This document shows positions 56,582 to 64,000 of a DNA stretch of 64,000 nucleotides, piece after piece (position 1 is the first letter of the stretch; each line of letters opens with the position of its first letter). This DNA comes from a virus (taxonomy: Duplodnaviria > Caudoviricetes). Location of the stretch: IMG/VR virus record IMGVR_UViG_3300028275_000007, one strand, 5' to 3'. The notes under the pieces are model-generated. The model was not told the origin of the DNA, did no database searches, and saw only the letters and a program-made list of their open reading frames with translations. Made by a program: the position numbers and the translations under genes.

Positions 56582-57634
56582 TTATCCTAGAGTTAATGCA
56601 AATGCAACAGAAATATCATTAGCCTGTGTTTCTGACACAGCTCCAGATGCACCTGCAGGACTAGCCCAAGAAACTCCGTCCCAAATTTCCAAAGCCTTTG
56701 AATTAGTATTATATCGTGTCATTCCGACAACCGCATAAGATGTTGGACGCTGCGCATCATTTCCTCTTGGCGGAACAAACCCATTGGTACCAACAATTTT
56801 AAGATAACCATTACCTGTATGGGTAATTGTTGTAACAGCACCGGATACTACGTTAGTAATAGAACTATCAATAATTTTAATATTACCAGTTCGTATACCT
56901 CCCGCAGCATTTCCTTCTAATCGCAAATCTGTACCAGTTGTGGTAGTAATTATGTTATCTTGAAAAATAACACTTCCTACTTCAAAATAAGGAAGGTTCA
57001 TTGAAGTAGTATATAAATCTTTAGTGTAAACAGCTCTCCATCTTACTGAACTAGAACCAATATCATATGTAGCATCAGTTTGAGGAATAATATCACTAGT
57101 AACGCTGGCATTAAAAACAATGTTATCGGTTAGTGCGTCACCAATTTGAATGTTGCCGCCGATCACTACATTTCCAGAAGTATTAATATTTCCAGAAACA
57201 TCAAGATTTCCTGTAATATTTGTACTTGCTGAAATATTAACTGTGCCGGTACCGTTTGGTGCTAGATCAATTGAACTGTTAGAAACAGTAGTAGAAATAG
57301 TATTTCCTTGTAATTGAAGATCATCAATTTGAAGTCTGCTGTGATAAACAGTTGCTTCGCCGGCAGCGGCTTGAAATACTATTGTGCTGGTATCGCTGGT
57401 AATTGTATTGCCAGTAAAGTGTAAATTACCGACATTAATTTGTGTGTCAACAGTATGATTTATACCGTGTATATTACCGTTGACATCTAGGTCTGTAGTG
57501 GGGGCTGCTGTACGTATCCCGATACGAGAGTTAACAACATCCAAATAGAGAAGATCAGTCTCAAAAGCTAAATCCACACCATCTCTGATGAGATTTGACT
57601 TTAAGAGCTGACCGGAAATACGACCAATAGCCAT
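56582..57634 (-). CDS. Tail fibre/shaft protein
   Basis: MAIGRISGQLLKSNL..DLAFETDLLYLDV; NGFVPPRG..QRP..GMTRYNT; ends VAFALTLG. Confidence 0.65.
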   Translation of the reverse strand: MAIGRISGQLLKSNLIRDGVDLAFETDLLYLDVVNSRIGIRTAAPTTDLDVNGNIHGINHTVDTQINVGNLHFTGNTITSDTSTIVFQAAAGEATVYHSRLQIDDLQLQGNTISTTVSNSSIDLAPNGTGTVNISASTNITGNLDVSGNINTSGNVVIGGNIQIGDALTDNIVFNASVTSDIIPQTDATYDIGSSSVRWRAVYTKDLYTTSMNLPYFEVGSVIFQDNIITTTTGTDLRLEGNAAGGIRTGNIKIIDSSITNVVSGAVTTITHTGNGYLKIVGTNGFVPPRGNDAQRPTSYAVVGMTRYNTNSKALEIWDGVSWASPAGASGAVSETQANDISVAFALTLG

Positions 57635-57773
57635 TAGCTCTCCTTAACAGACCCCGTGTTTCACGGTTAACCTAATTTGGACTAACGTCCGCAGCCTTAT
57701 GGCTCTTTGCTGGTTTACCACAGTCGGATCTTGCAAAAGTTTTGGTCTACCTTTGCAATTAGTAGTATTTATA
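57635..57773 (-). ncRNA. Candidate structured 5' leader RNA (~125 nt) after a perfect TATAAATA promoter
   Basis: Five hairpins plus a loop-to-RBS-proximal pairing (UAGACC/GGUCUG). Confidence 0.5.
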
Positions 57774-57785
57774 CCAAATGGAGAA

Positions 57786-58919
57786 TTAGCCGAGGACTAG
57801 GGTCCAAATGTTTCCAATATCGTACATAAGTTCTTGTGTAACTTCGATACCACCACCTGTTGCCACTGACCATACAGTACCATCAAAACATTCCAGGTAC
57901 CCTCTTTCTGTGTTGTATCTAGTTTCACCTACTTCTGGACTTAAAGGACGTTCGCTATCGGATCCGTTAGGAACAACCATACCGTTTGTACCGGTAAACT
58001 GAATGTATCCTATTCCTGTAGACTGTAATAATAAAGGATTGTTTTCTGGATTTATTATAGCATTTTCGTTAAATGCAATTTTTTCTAAGTATGTGTCTGC
58101 TGAATCGGCGGTTATTATTAAATCTTCATTGGACTGTGTTGTTGTAATTGTAGTTGTAACACCGTTAATTTCTACTTGATCACTGATATAAGCATAAGAC
58201 GTATGGATACCTAATCCTGAATTTCCTATCGAAGTCCAATCAGATTGATAAACTTTATCCCAACGCTTTGTAGGTTTCCCTAGATCATAAACTTCATTGT
58301 TACCTAAGACAATTGTTTGAGTAAAATCGGTATTAATACTAGCAGTATCAGTAGTTTGGTCACCGATAGTTAGAGTACCAATTCCTGTTAAATCTCCCTG
58401 TAACGTTATGTTCCCTGTTACAGTTAAATTTCCTGTAATGTTTGTGTCTGCAATAAAATTAACTTTGCCTGTTCCGTTAGGATCAAATACAATATTTGAA
58501 TTGCTAATACTGCTAATTTGATTATCGTTGAATATTAAACTGCTGGTAGTTAATCTATCGTGAAAAATATCACTTCCGGCTATCATAACCTGTATGCCGC
58601 CAACTGAAGTTGTAAATGTATTTCCGTTATTAATTTTAAGATTTCCAGCAATTAACTGTGTATCAACAGTTAAATTATGGCTATGAATATCTCCGTCTAC
58701 ATCTAAGTCGTAGGCAGGCGGAGATTTTTTTATACTAACTCGTTTATTTGTAACGTCAAGGTATAATAAATCAGTTTCAACAGCGATGTCAATGCCGTTT
58801 CTTTGTAGGTTAGCGGTTAATAATTTTCCACTAATTCGGCCAAGCTGAGACGAATAATTAGGTTCACTACCGTAGGTGTTTGAACCTAATAGACCGTCAT
58901 CATCGCCCAATATACCCAT
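57786..58919 (-). CDS. Tail fibre/shaft protein, paralogue of 56582..57634
   Basis: LGRISGKLLTANL..DIAVETDLLYLDV; NGMVVPNG..ERP..GETRYNT; ends WTLVLG. Confidence 0.65.
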   Translation of the reverse strand: MGILGDDDGLLGSNTYGSEPNYSSQLGRISGKLLTANLQRNGIDIAVETDLLYLDVTNKRVSIKKSPPAYDLDVDGDIHSHNLTVDTQLIAGNLKINNGNTFTTSVGGIQVMIAGSDIFHDRLTTSSLIFNDNQISSISNSNIVFDPNGTGKVNFIADTNITGNLTVTGNITLQGDLTGIGTLTIGDQTTDTASINTDFTQTIVLGNNEVYDLGKPTKRWDKVYQSDWTSIGNSGLGIHTSYAYISDQVEINGVTTTITTTQSNEDLIITADSADTYLEKIAFNENAIINPENNPLLLQSTGIGYIQFTGTNGMVVPNGSDSERPLSPEVGETRYNTERGYLECFDGTVWSVATGGGIEVTQELMYDIGNIWTLVLG

Positions 58920-58929
58920 AATTTAGTCC

Positions 58930-59844
58930 TTAATCGTTACTAGCCATTTCAATAGCGTGTACACTTGTTACTACGCTATTAGTTAAACTTGTTGGTCGAC
59001 AAGTAATTTCTATTCTGTTTGTTGTAGAATTCCACTGTCCGTCAAAAGTAGCAAGAGGAGTGGCACTTGAATATGTAACACCGTATGCAGTAACGTAAAC
59101 AACGTCATTTACATATCCTCTTATAGCAATGATATCGCAGGCCTGTGTTTGCCAACTAAGTCCACCATCTTCATAGCCTTCTACCATAACAAATAATTTA
59201 ATAGCGTGTTGATATTGACCTGTTGAAGTGTAGATAACTGTATCAACACCTGCTAGACAAGATGTTGAATCCTGGTGACTCTGTTTAACATCTCCAGGAT
59301 AATTTACATTACCTAATGTATCAATACTAACTTCATATCCATCTTGAGAAATTGCAGCAGGAATTGCACCCGAAGCTGCAAAAGTAATAGTATCCGTTGA
59401 TGAATCAGTTGTAATTGTTATTCCAGGACCTTCTACTAATGTCAGCGTATCACTCGAGCTATCTGCAATAACGTTTGATTGTCCTGCAACAACAATAGTT
59501 TTAAATGAATCTGATACTGCTCCAGAAACTATATTGTTTAATAGGTTAGAAGGAATAGTACAAAATACTGTTTTGCCGCCTTCTAGAAAATTAACTGGGA
59601 AATTGCCGTTTGAAGAACTGTATATAACGTCTCTTGATAAAGATTCTGTTCCGCTAGAATTAGTATATGTGCCTCTTCCTACTTCCCAATTGCCGGCAGC
59701 ATCTTCAATTCCGTAATAACATTCATTTCCAGAACCAACTGCCGAAAACGATTGAAAACCGGGAATTACAGTTTCTAATGTTATTGTACCTGTGCCGGTA
59801 CTATATGTTCTAACTTTAACCTTATCAGCAACAACCAGGGCCAT
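58930..59844 (-). CDS. Mosaic tail protein
   Basis: MALVVADKVK..STGTGTITL..GFQSF..WEVGRGTY domain + FKTIVVAGQSNVIADSSSDTLTLV repeat + C-terminal beta domain. Confidence 0.6.
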   Translation of the reverse strand: MALVVADKVKVRTYSTGTGTITLETVIPGFQSFSAVGSGNECYYGIEDAAGNWEVGRGTYTNSSGTESLSRDVIYSSSNGNFPVNFLEGGKTVFCTIPSNLLNNIVSGAVSDSFKTIVVAGQSNVIADSSSDTLTLVEGPGITITTDSSTDTITFAASGAIPAAISQDGYEVSIDTLGNVNYPGDVKQSHQDSTSCLAGVDTVIYTSTGQYQHAIKLFVMVEGYEDGGLSWQTQACDIIAIRGYVNDVVYVTAYGVTYSSATPLATFDGQWNSTTNRIEITCRPTSLTNSVVTSVHAIEMASND

Positions 59845-59875
59845 TACATATCTCCAAATCGATATGTATATTTAC
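59845..59875 (-). promoter_or_regulatory. Late promoter overlapping an RBS-sequestering hairpin
   Basis: GTAAATA-TACATATC-GATTTGGA-GATATGTA-ATG. Confidence 0.65.
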
Positions 59876-59887
59876 CCGTTTTTGGTT

Positions 59888-60403
59888 TTAGTTAGCGAAT
59901 CCAAAGTATACTGTTACGTATTTTCCTGTAGGAACTGGGCTTGTAAAAATAAGATATGCGTTTCCGCTACCACCGTAGTTTGAATTTAATGTAAAGTTAG
60001 TTGTAGAAATTTGAAATACATTTTCTACCAATACAATAATATTATCTGCTGAACTAGGAACAGCATATAATGGGCCAAAGTCTGTCTGTATATCGTCACC
60101 TGGGCCTAAAGTTTGTTTATAAATTGAAGATGCGCCCGGAGCTCTAATAACTTCCCAGGCATTGCCTACGTAGCCTTCTATTGAATTTGTTGTTGTGTTA
60201 TATCTAATTGTACCGTTAGCATCTGTAGGCTGACGAACTCCTGTTAGCTGAGGACGCTGAGATTGTGTGCCCTTAGGTAACATTAGGCCACCGTGGCTAT
60301 TCATTACTACGCGGCCGCCAGGACCGTTAGCATCTGGATAGGCTATTAATGTTCTATCGTTGATACTAAACTTAGAAATGTTTTTAGTCTTTAAGAATTT
60401 CAT
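59888..60403 (-). CDS. Tail-associated protein
   Basis: LPKGTQSQRP..GTIRYNT..EGY.G..W motif shared with the fibre paralogues. Confidence 0.6.
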   Translation of the reverse strand: MKFLKTKNISKFSINDRTLIAYPDANGPGGRVVMNSHGGLMLPKGTQSQRPQLTGVRQPTDANGTIRYNTTTNSIEGYVGNAWEVIRAPGASSIYKQTLGPGDDIQTDFGPLYAVPSSADNIIVLVENVFQISTTNFTLNSNYGGSGNAYLIFTSPVPTGKYVTVYFGFAN

Positions 60404-60804
60404 ACTTCTAATGCGCTCACTGTTACAGACAATTTGCTTGCAGAACTAGTACCTACCCAAATTTCGTCGCCACTTTCTAATACAACTCTTTCTTCACTAA
60501 AAAATACAGTTTCGCCTGCTGGAACGGTTAGGTTGTTTACAATTAAATTTCCGTTAGTTGCAGATTTACCATTTCGAACCAAATAAACATTTACATTAAC
60601 TGCATTTGTAGTTTCGTCGGCTGCGCTAGGTGCTGCTGTGTTACAAAATGCAATAGTAGTAATTGCATTAATTCTTCCAGTAGCTCCGCCGACACCAATT
60701 GCTGCACCAGTTGTTGAACTAGTAAAGACTTTTACGGGAGAAGTTACACTAATAGAATCAATTAATGCTATTGTGCCTTCCGGAGTTTCGTAATTTCTAA
60801 TCAT
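60400..60804 (-). CDS. Small beta-sandwich tail adaptor-like protein
   Basis: AITTIAFCN..VNVYLV..LTVPAGETV..ERVVLESGDEI. Confidence 0.6.
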   Translation of the reverse strand: MIRNYETPEGTIALIDSISVTSPVKVFTSSTTGAAIGVGGATGRINAITTIAFCNTAAPSAADETTNAVNVNVYLVRNGKSATNGNLIVNNLTVPAGETVFFSEERVVLESGDEIWVGTSSASKLSVTVSALEV

Positions 60805-60813
60805 ATTTTTCTC

Positions 60814-61875
60814 TTAAAATAACATACTGAACACAAGTGCTTTATTTTTACTTATTAACTCGCCATTTCTTTTCGAAGTTTGTGTACTGTCGTTGACAAA
60901 CCAAATTCCAGAAGAACCTACGCCCGGACTAGCAGCGTAAATTAAATTGCTGTCTGAAACATACGCAGGTGTTACAGCAATTTTATCTAATTGAACAGCG
61001 TAGTTAGTTTGTAATTTACCAGTTCCTTGTGTTCTAACATATATATTCTCGTTGGTAATACCTGCTTTGGAAGTAATTTCTGTTCGAGAAGGGCCACTAC
61101 CTAATTCTAAATTTCCTAATTCAACTCGATTAGTAAAAAACTGGCTTACTAGATAAGAATCTACAACAATAGAAACTGCACTTTCTCCAAACGTCGAATA
61201 TCCAGTAGTGTTTGTAAAATATTCTAACGAACCTGCCTGAGTTGATATATTAGGTGTAATGTCTTTGTCAGAAATAATAACACTGGTATCTTGACTTTGA
61301 GGAGCAACAATCTGGAAGGTTGGGTTATTTAAAATTGCATTATCAACATATAACTTATTTGGAATATCATCGTCGTGTATAACGTGTTCCTCATATGTAT
61401 CTGTTCCAAAAACGGATATTACTCCAGTTCCAGAACCAATCAATGTTAAGTCTCCGTATCGACCTTGACCTGAAAAATTTAAATTTTCAGTTTCATTATC
61501 TGTTAAAATTGTATTAACTTTAATACCAACTTCACTGTAGTTGAATGGGCCTGGAGAATCATTGGCTGCAAACAACCAAGTCTTTGATGATTCCTCAAAT
61601 AACAACATTGCAGGAGTTAAATCACCCCTATCAATTTTTACTCCCGAATAACCTAAAGTTACTCCTGATCCTGTTTCTCCAGCATTTAGTGTTATAATAT
61701 TGTCATTGATATCTAAATTTGTAGCAGCAACAGAAACTGTTTGACCTTCTACAACTAAGTCCCCTGTAACTATTACACTACCACCAGCAGAGGCTGGACC
61801 GGTGTCAAACTTTATTTTGGCACCGTCGGCAGTTTTAATGTTATAATCACCGTTTACACGGAGAAACTGTCCCAT
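60814..61875 (-). CDS. Tail fibre/shaft-like virion protein
   Basis: VTGDLVVEG.T.SV..TNL.I.DNIITLN.GETG.GV motif; ends ALVFSMLF. Confidence 0.6.
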   Translation of the reverse strand: MGQFLRVNGDYNIKTADGAKIKFDTGPASAGGSVIVTGDLVVEGQTVSVAATNLDINDNIITLNAGETGSGVTLGYSGVKIDRGDLTPAMLLFEESSKTWLFAANDSPGPFNYSEVGIKVNTILTDNETENLNFSGQGRYGDLTLIGSGTGVISVFGTDTYEEHVIHDDDIPNKLYVDNAILNNPTFQIVAPQSQDTSVIISDKDITPNISTQAGSLEYFTNTTGYSTFGESAVSIVVDSYLVSQFFTNRVELGNLELGSGPSRTEITSKAGITNENIYVRTQGTGKLQTNYAVQLDKIAVTPAYVSDSNLIYAASPGVGSSGIWFVNDSTQTSKRNGELISKNKALVFSMLF

Positions 61876-61889
61876 TGTTAATTCCTAAA

Positions 61890-62273
61890 TTAAGTTGGTG
61901 TTAAGAAAATTTGATCGCCTGTAGAGTCTGCATAGTTGCCTAATCTCCAAGTATATCTTACACCGTTAAAGTCAATAGCTGTACGCTTTTGTAGTTTAGC
62001 AATTCTAACAGCACTTGCATCAGCGCCTGTTTCTAAATAACCTGTTAGGCGCATTTCTCCAGCAGCACTAGGTGTTCCGCTGACTAATTTGCAAATTGCT
62101 TGTGTGCTAGATGAAGTATCTTGAACTAGGTATCTCTTAGAACCTTTTTGCTTAACAATAAACACATCAGTTTGATTAGAACCAATGTATGCTTCGCAGC
62201 GAATACCTGCATCGCCTGTGTAGGTGCCAAATACCTTAACACCATTCTTATCTGATTTTACTGGACGTCCCAT
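61890..62273 (-). CDS. Hypothetical virion protein downstream of gp23
   Basis: MGRPVK..FIVKQKGSKRYLV; SD AAGGAG. Confidence 0.65.
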   Translation of the reverse strand: MGRPVKSDKNGVKVFGTYTGDAGIRCEAYIGSNQTDVFIVKQKGSKRYLVQDTSSSTQAICKLVSGTPSAAGEMRLTGYLETGADASAVRIAKLQKRTAIDFNGVRYTWRLGNYADSTGDQIFLTPT

Positions 62274-62347
62274 TTGTTTTCTCCTTGTGTTGACGTTCTA
62301 GGCCTACGCGGTGGGTGCCGCATAAATCACTTAGATACTTTATTTAT
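62274..62347 (-). promoter_or_regulatory. Late promoter ATAAATA plus a structured leader
   Basis: UCUAAGU-GAU-UUAUGCGG-CACCCA-CCGCGUAG-GCCUAGA irregular hairpin upstream of the SD. Confidence 0.5.
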
Positions 62348-62357
62348 CCAGCCAAAC

Positions 62358-62381
62358 AAAAAGCCCCTTTCGGGGCTTTTT
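62358..62381 (-). terminator. Intrinsic terminator after gp23
   Basis: AAAAAGCCCC-GAAA-GGGGCTTTTT. Confidence 0.9.
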
Positions 62382-62408
62382 GAATACGTTGTATAATCTT
62401 TTTAAAGA

Positions 62409-63584
62409 TTAAGCAAAACGTAGGTTTGCAGATGTAACATCAACAAGAGCCAAGTAGTCAGCAGCATTACCTAGAGATGATGCTGTGTTTGTTAACTCAA
62501 CATAACCGTATCTGGTCATGAAAGAAACTACTGGTTCAAATGTAGATGGATCTAATACAACACCGCTGCTCATCAATGGAATGTATGGGCAGTAGAATGC
62601 TGCTGCGTCAGACTCGGAAGTACCTTTGTAACCAATCAATACTTTGTCGTCTTCTGCGTATGTGTTTACATACACTTTCATTGCGCTGTTCAATGTACCA
62701 ACGAACTTGGTGTTTGTTGGAGCTTCGAAAGTGCCTTCTGTAGTGCGAGCAAAAGCAGAAGTTGTAGCAGACTGTAATAGTGTTAATACAGTTGGTGATA
62801 CAACAGCCCAGTTACCTGCGCCACGACGTGTACGTTGTGCGATCAAGTTAGAAGCACGGTTGATTTGAACAGCTAGAGCAGCGTGTTCGTCACCAACGAA
62901 TGTAGCTGTACCAGAAACTGCTGCTTGGTCGTATGTTAATACGGCTGTACCAGCTAGTGTCTTCAAGCTACGTAGAACTTCTTGATCAATCTCAGCTGTG
63001 ATCTCTTGTGCAAGAGCAGCCATGATTTCTGCTTCGATGTCAATACCTTGTTGGGCTTGTGCATCTTGAGCAGCTTCAAATGTCCAGCGAGCAGACAACT
63101 TACGTGTCTTAGCTTCGACTGTTTGTTTCAAGATTTGAATGCTTAGTCTGTTACCTGCTACGCCTTCTAAAGCTGCTGTAGAAGCTGCCTTATCAGAACC
63201 AGATACACCAGAATAGCCTTCAGCAATCTTGAATGGGCTTAGTGCCTCATCGCCAGCTGTAGTGTTACCACCAGCAGAACCACTGAATGTGTCGCTGTAG
63301 CGAACACGTAGAGTATGGATCTGACCAACTGGGCCTGTCATTGGTTGTACACCAACTAGTTCATTAGCAATGACTGTTGGCATTACACGTCTGATCACAG
63401 GTAGGATCACACGATTTAGGGTTGCAACGTTACCGGCGGAAGTAGCACCAGCTGTAGCACTCTCTGCCAAATACTTGCGGGTATTCTCTAGAGTAGTTGC
63501 CATAACTGTACGCTTGTTACCTTGTAGGCCTTCTAATAGAGCCTCTTTAGTTTCCGACCAGCGTGACTCGAGTAGTTGTGACAT
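62409..63584 (-). CDS. gp23: Major capsid protein
   Basis: IRRVMPTVIANELVGVQPMTGPVGQI, AKTRKLSARWT.E.AQD, EITAEIDQE, FYCPYIPL, FMTRYG. Confidence 0.95.
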   Translation of the reverse strand: MSQLLESRWSETKEALLEGLQGNKRTVMATTLENTRKYLAESATAGATSAGNVATLNRVILPVIRRVMPTVIANELVGVQPMTGPVGQIHTLRVRYSDTFSGSAGGNTTAGDEALSPFKIAEGYSGVSGSDKAASTAALEGVAGNRLSIQILKQTVEAKTRKLSARWTFEAAQDAQAQQGIDIEAEIMAALAQEITAEIDQEVLRSLKTLAGTAVLTYDQAAVSGTATFVGDEHAALAVQINRASNLIAQRTRRGAGNWAVVSPTVLTLLQSATTSAFARTTEGTFEAPTNTKFVGTLNSAMKVYVNTYAEDDKVLIGYKGTSESDAAAFYCPYIPLMSSGVVLDPSTFEPVVSFMTRYGYVELTNTASSLGNAADYLALVDVTSANLRFA

Positions 63585-63595
63585 ATTTGTTCTCC

Positions 63596-64000
63596 TTAAA
63601 CTTTAAGTCCCGCAAGCCTGCGGATGTCAAAAATTTCTGCGGTTTTTTCTTCTTTACCGCTAGATTGTGGTGCCTGTTTATCGCCTGTAATTTCTTTAGC
63701 CTCTGAGAGTACTTTCTTCGCCGGTGTACCGCCATTCATTACTGCTGGCATATACTTGTCGAAAGCTGTACGTAGCTTTTCAGTTTGAACTGATTCTAAT
63801 AGACTGCTCATTACTTCACGCTTATCTCCAGTCAACGGGCCTAGCAATTCGCTCATAACTTCCTTGCGTTGGTTGTTTTCTTTGATAATACGTAGTTCAC
63901 GTTCTTTGCTTTCTACTAGTGATTGTGCTTCTGCAACAACTTTTGCTGCTTCTTCTAGCTCTGCTTCTTTGGTAGCAACTACCTTTAGAAGTTTTGCTGT
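63596..64000 (-). CDS. gp22: Prohead core scaffold protein, N-terminus off the right edge
   Basis: Open frame from the edge (TAKLLKVVATKEAELEE...) through a coiled coil to EIFDIRRLAGLKV*; immediately upstream of gp23. Confidence 0.8.
   Translation of the reverse strand, partial: TAKLLKVVATKEAELEEAAKVVAEAQSLVESKERELRIIKENNQRKEVMSELLGPLTGDKREVMSSLLESVQTEKLRTAFDKYMPAVMNGGTPAKKVLSEAKEITGDKQAPQSSGKEEKTAEIFDIRRLAGLKV

Noticed and set aside
57635-57773. Hammerhead or other known ribozyme in the structured leader (GAAAC present)
   Set aside because: No CUGANGA core, and no twister, pistol or HDV-like topology recognised; kept only as an unassigned structured RNA.
6347-63735. The many 60-160-aa ORFs antisense or out of frame inside long genes (e.g. 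10172..10399, 13961..14437, 19929..20324, 42115..42492)
   Set aside because: No motifs, SDs or promoters; they are expected by-products of biased codon usage in the real genes.
1-64000. Stop-codon reassignment (recoded phage)
   Set aside because: Core genes (gp17, gp18, gp23, uvsX) are full length under code 11, coding density is high, and TAA, TGA and TAG all end genes.
1-64000. CRISPR array, tRNA or rRNA genes
   Set aside because: No regularly spaced direct repeats or cloverleaf-compatible sequences in the short intergenic gaps; the repeats seen are at protein level.

Overview
This window is a 64-kb, AT-rich segment of a large T4-like (contractile-tailed) dsDNA phage, read in the standard genetic code. 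No tRNA, rRNA, CRISPR array, intron or intein was seen. From left to right it holds: a nucleotide-sugar/glycosyltransferase cluster (1-4290); recombination/replication genes uvsY, uvsX and gp32; three small exported-protein genes; a packaging, head-internal, tail tube/sheath and neck block (gp17, gp16?, gp4, gp19, gp18, gp1, gp13-15); a roughly 35-kb tail-fibre region with three giant repeat proteins (2151, 2764 and 1822 aa); and the major capsid gp23 with a partial gp22 scaffold. Most striking, by manual alignment only: the giant tail proteins carry globin-like repeats that resemble phycobiliprotein subunits and mostly keep the chromophore-attachment motif C-x-R-D. This suggests a bilin-decorated virion. 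Also notable: (1) three paralogous ~9-10% Cys tail proteins beside a fibre chaperone, a GT9-like glycosyltransferase and a NodU/TobZ-type carbamoyltransferase; (2) late promoters placed so that many late mRNAs should be leaderless; (3) several structured 5' leaders and promoter-containing hairpins. All family assignments come from visible motifs and recalled family consensus, not from database searches.
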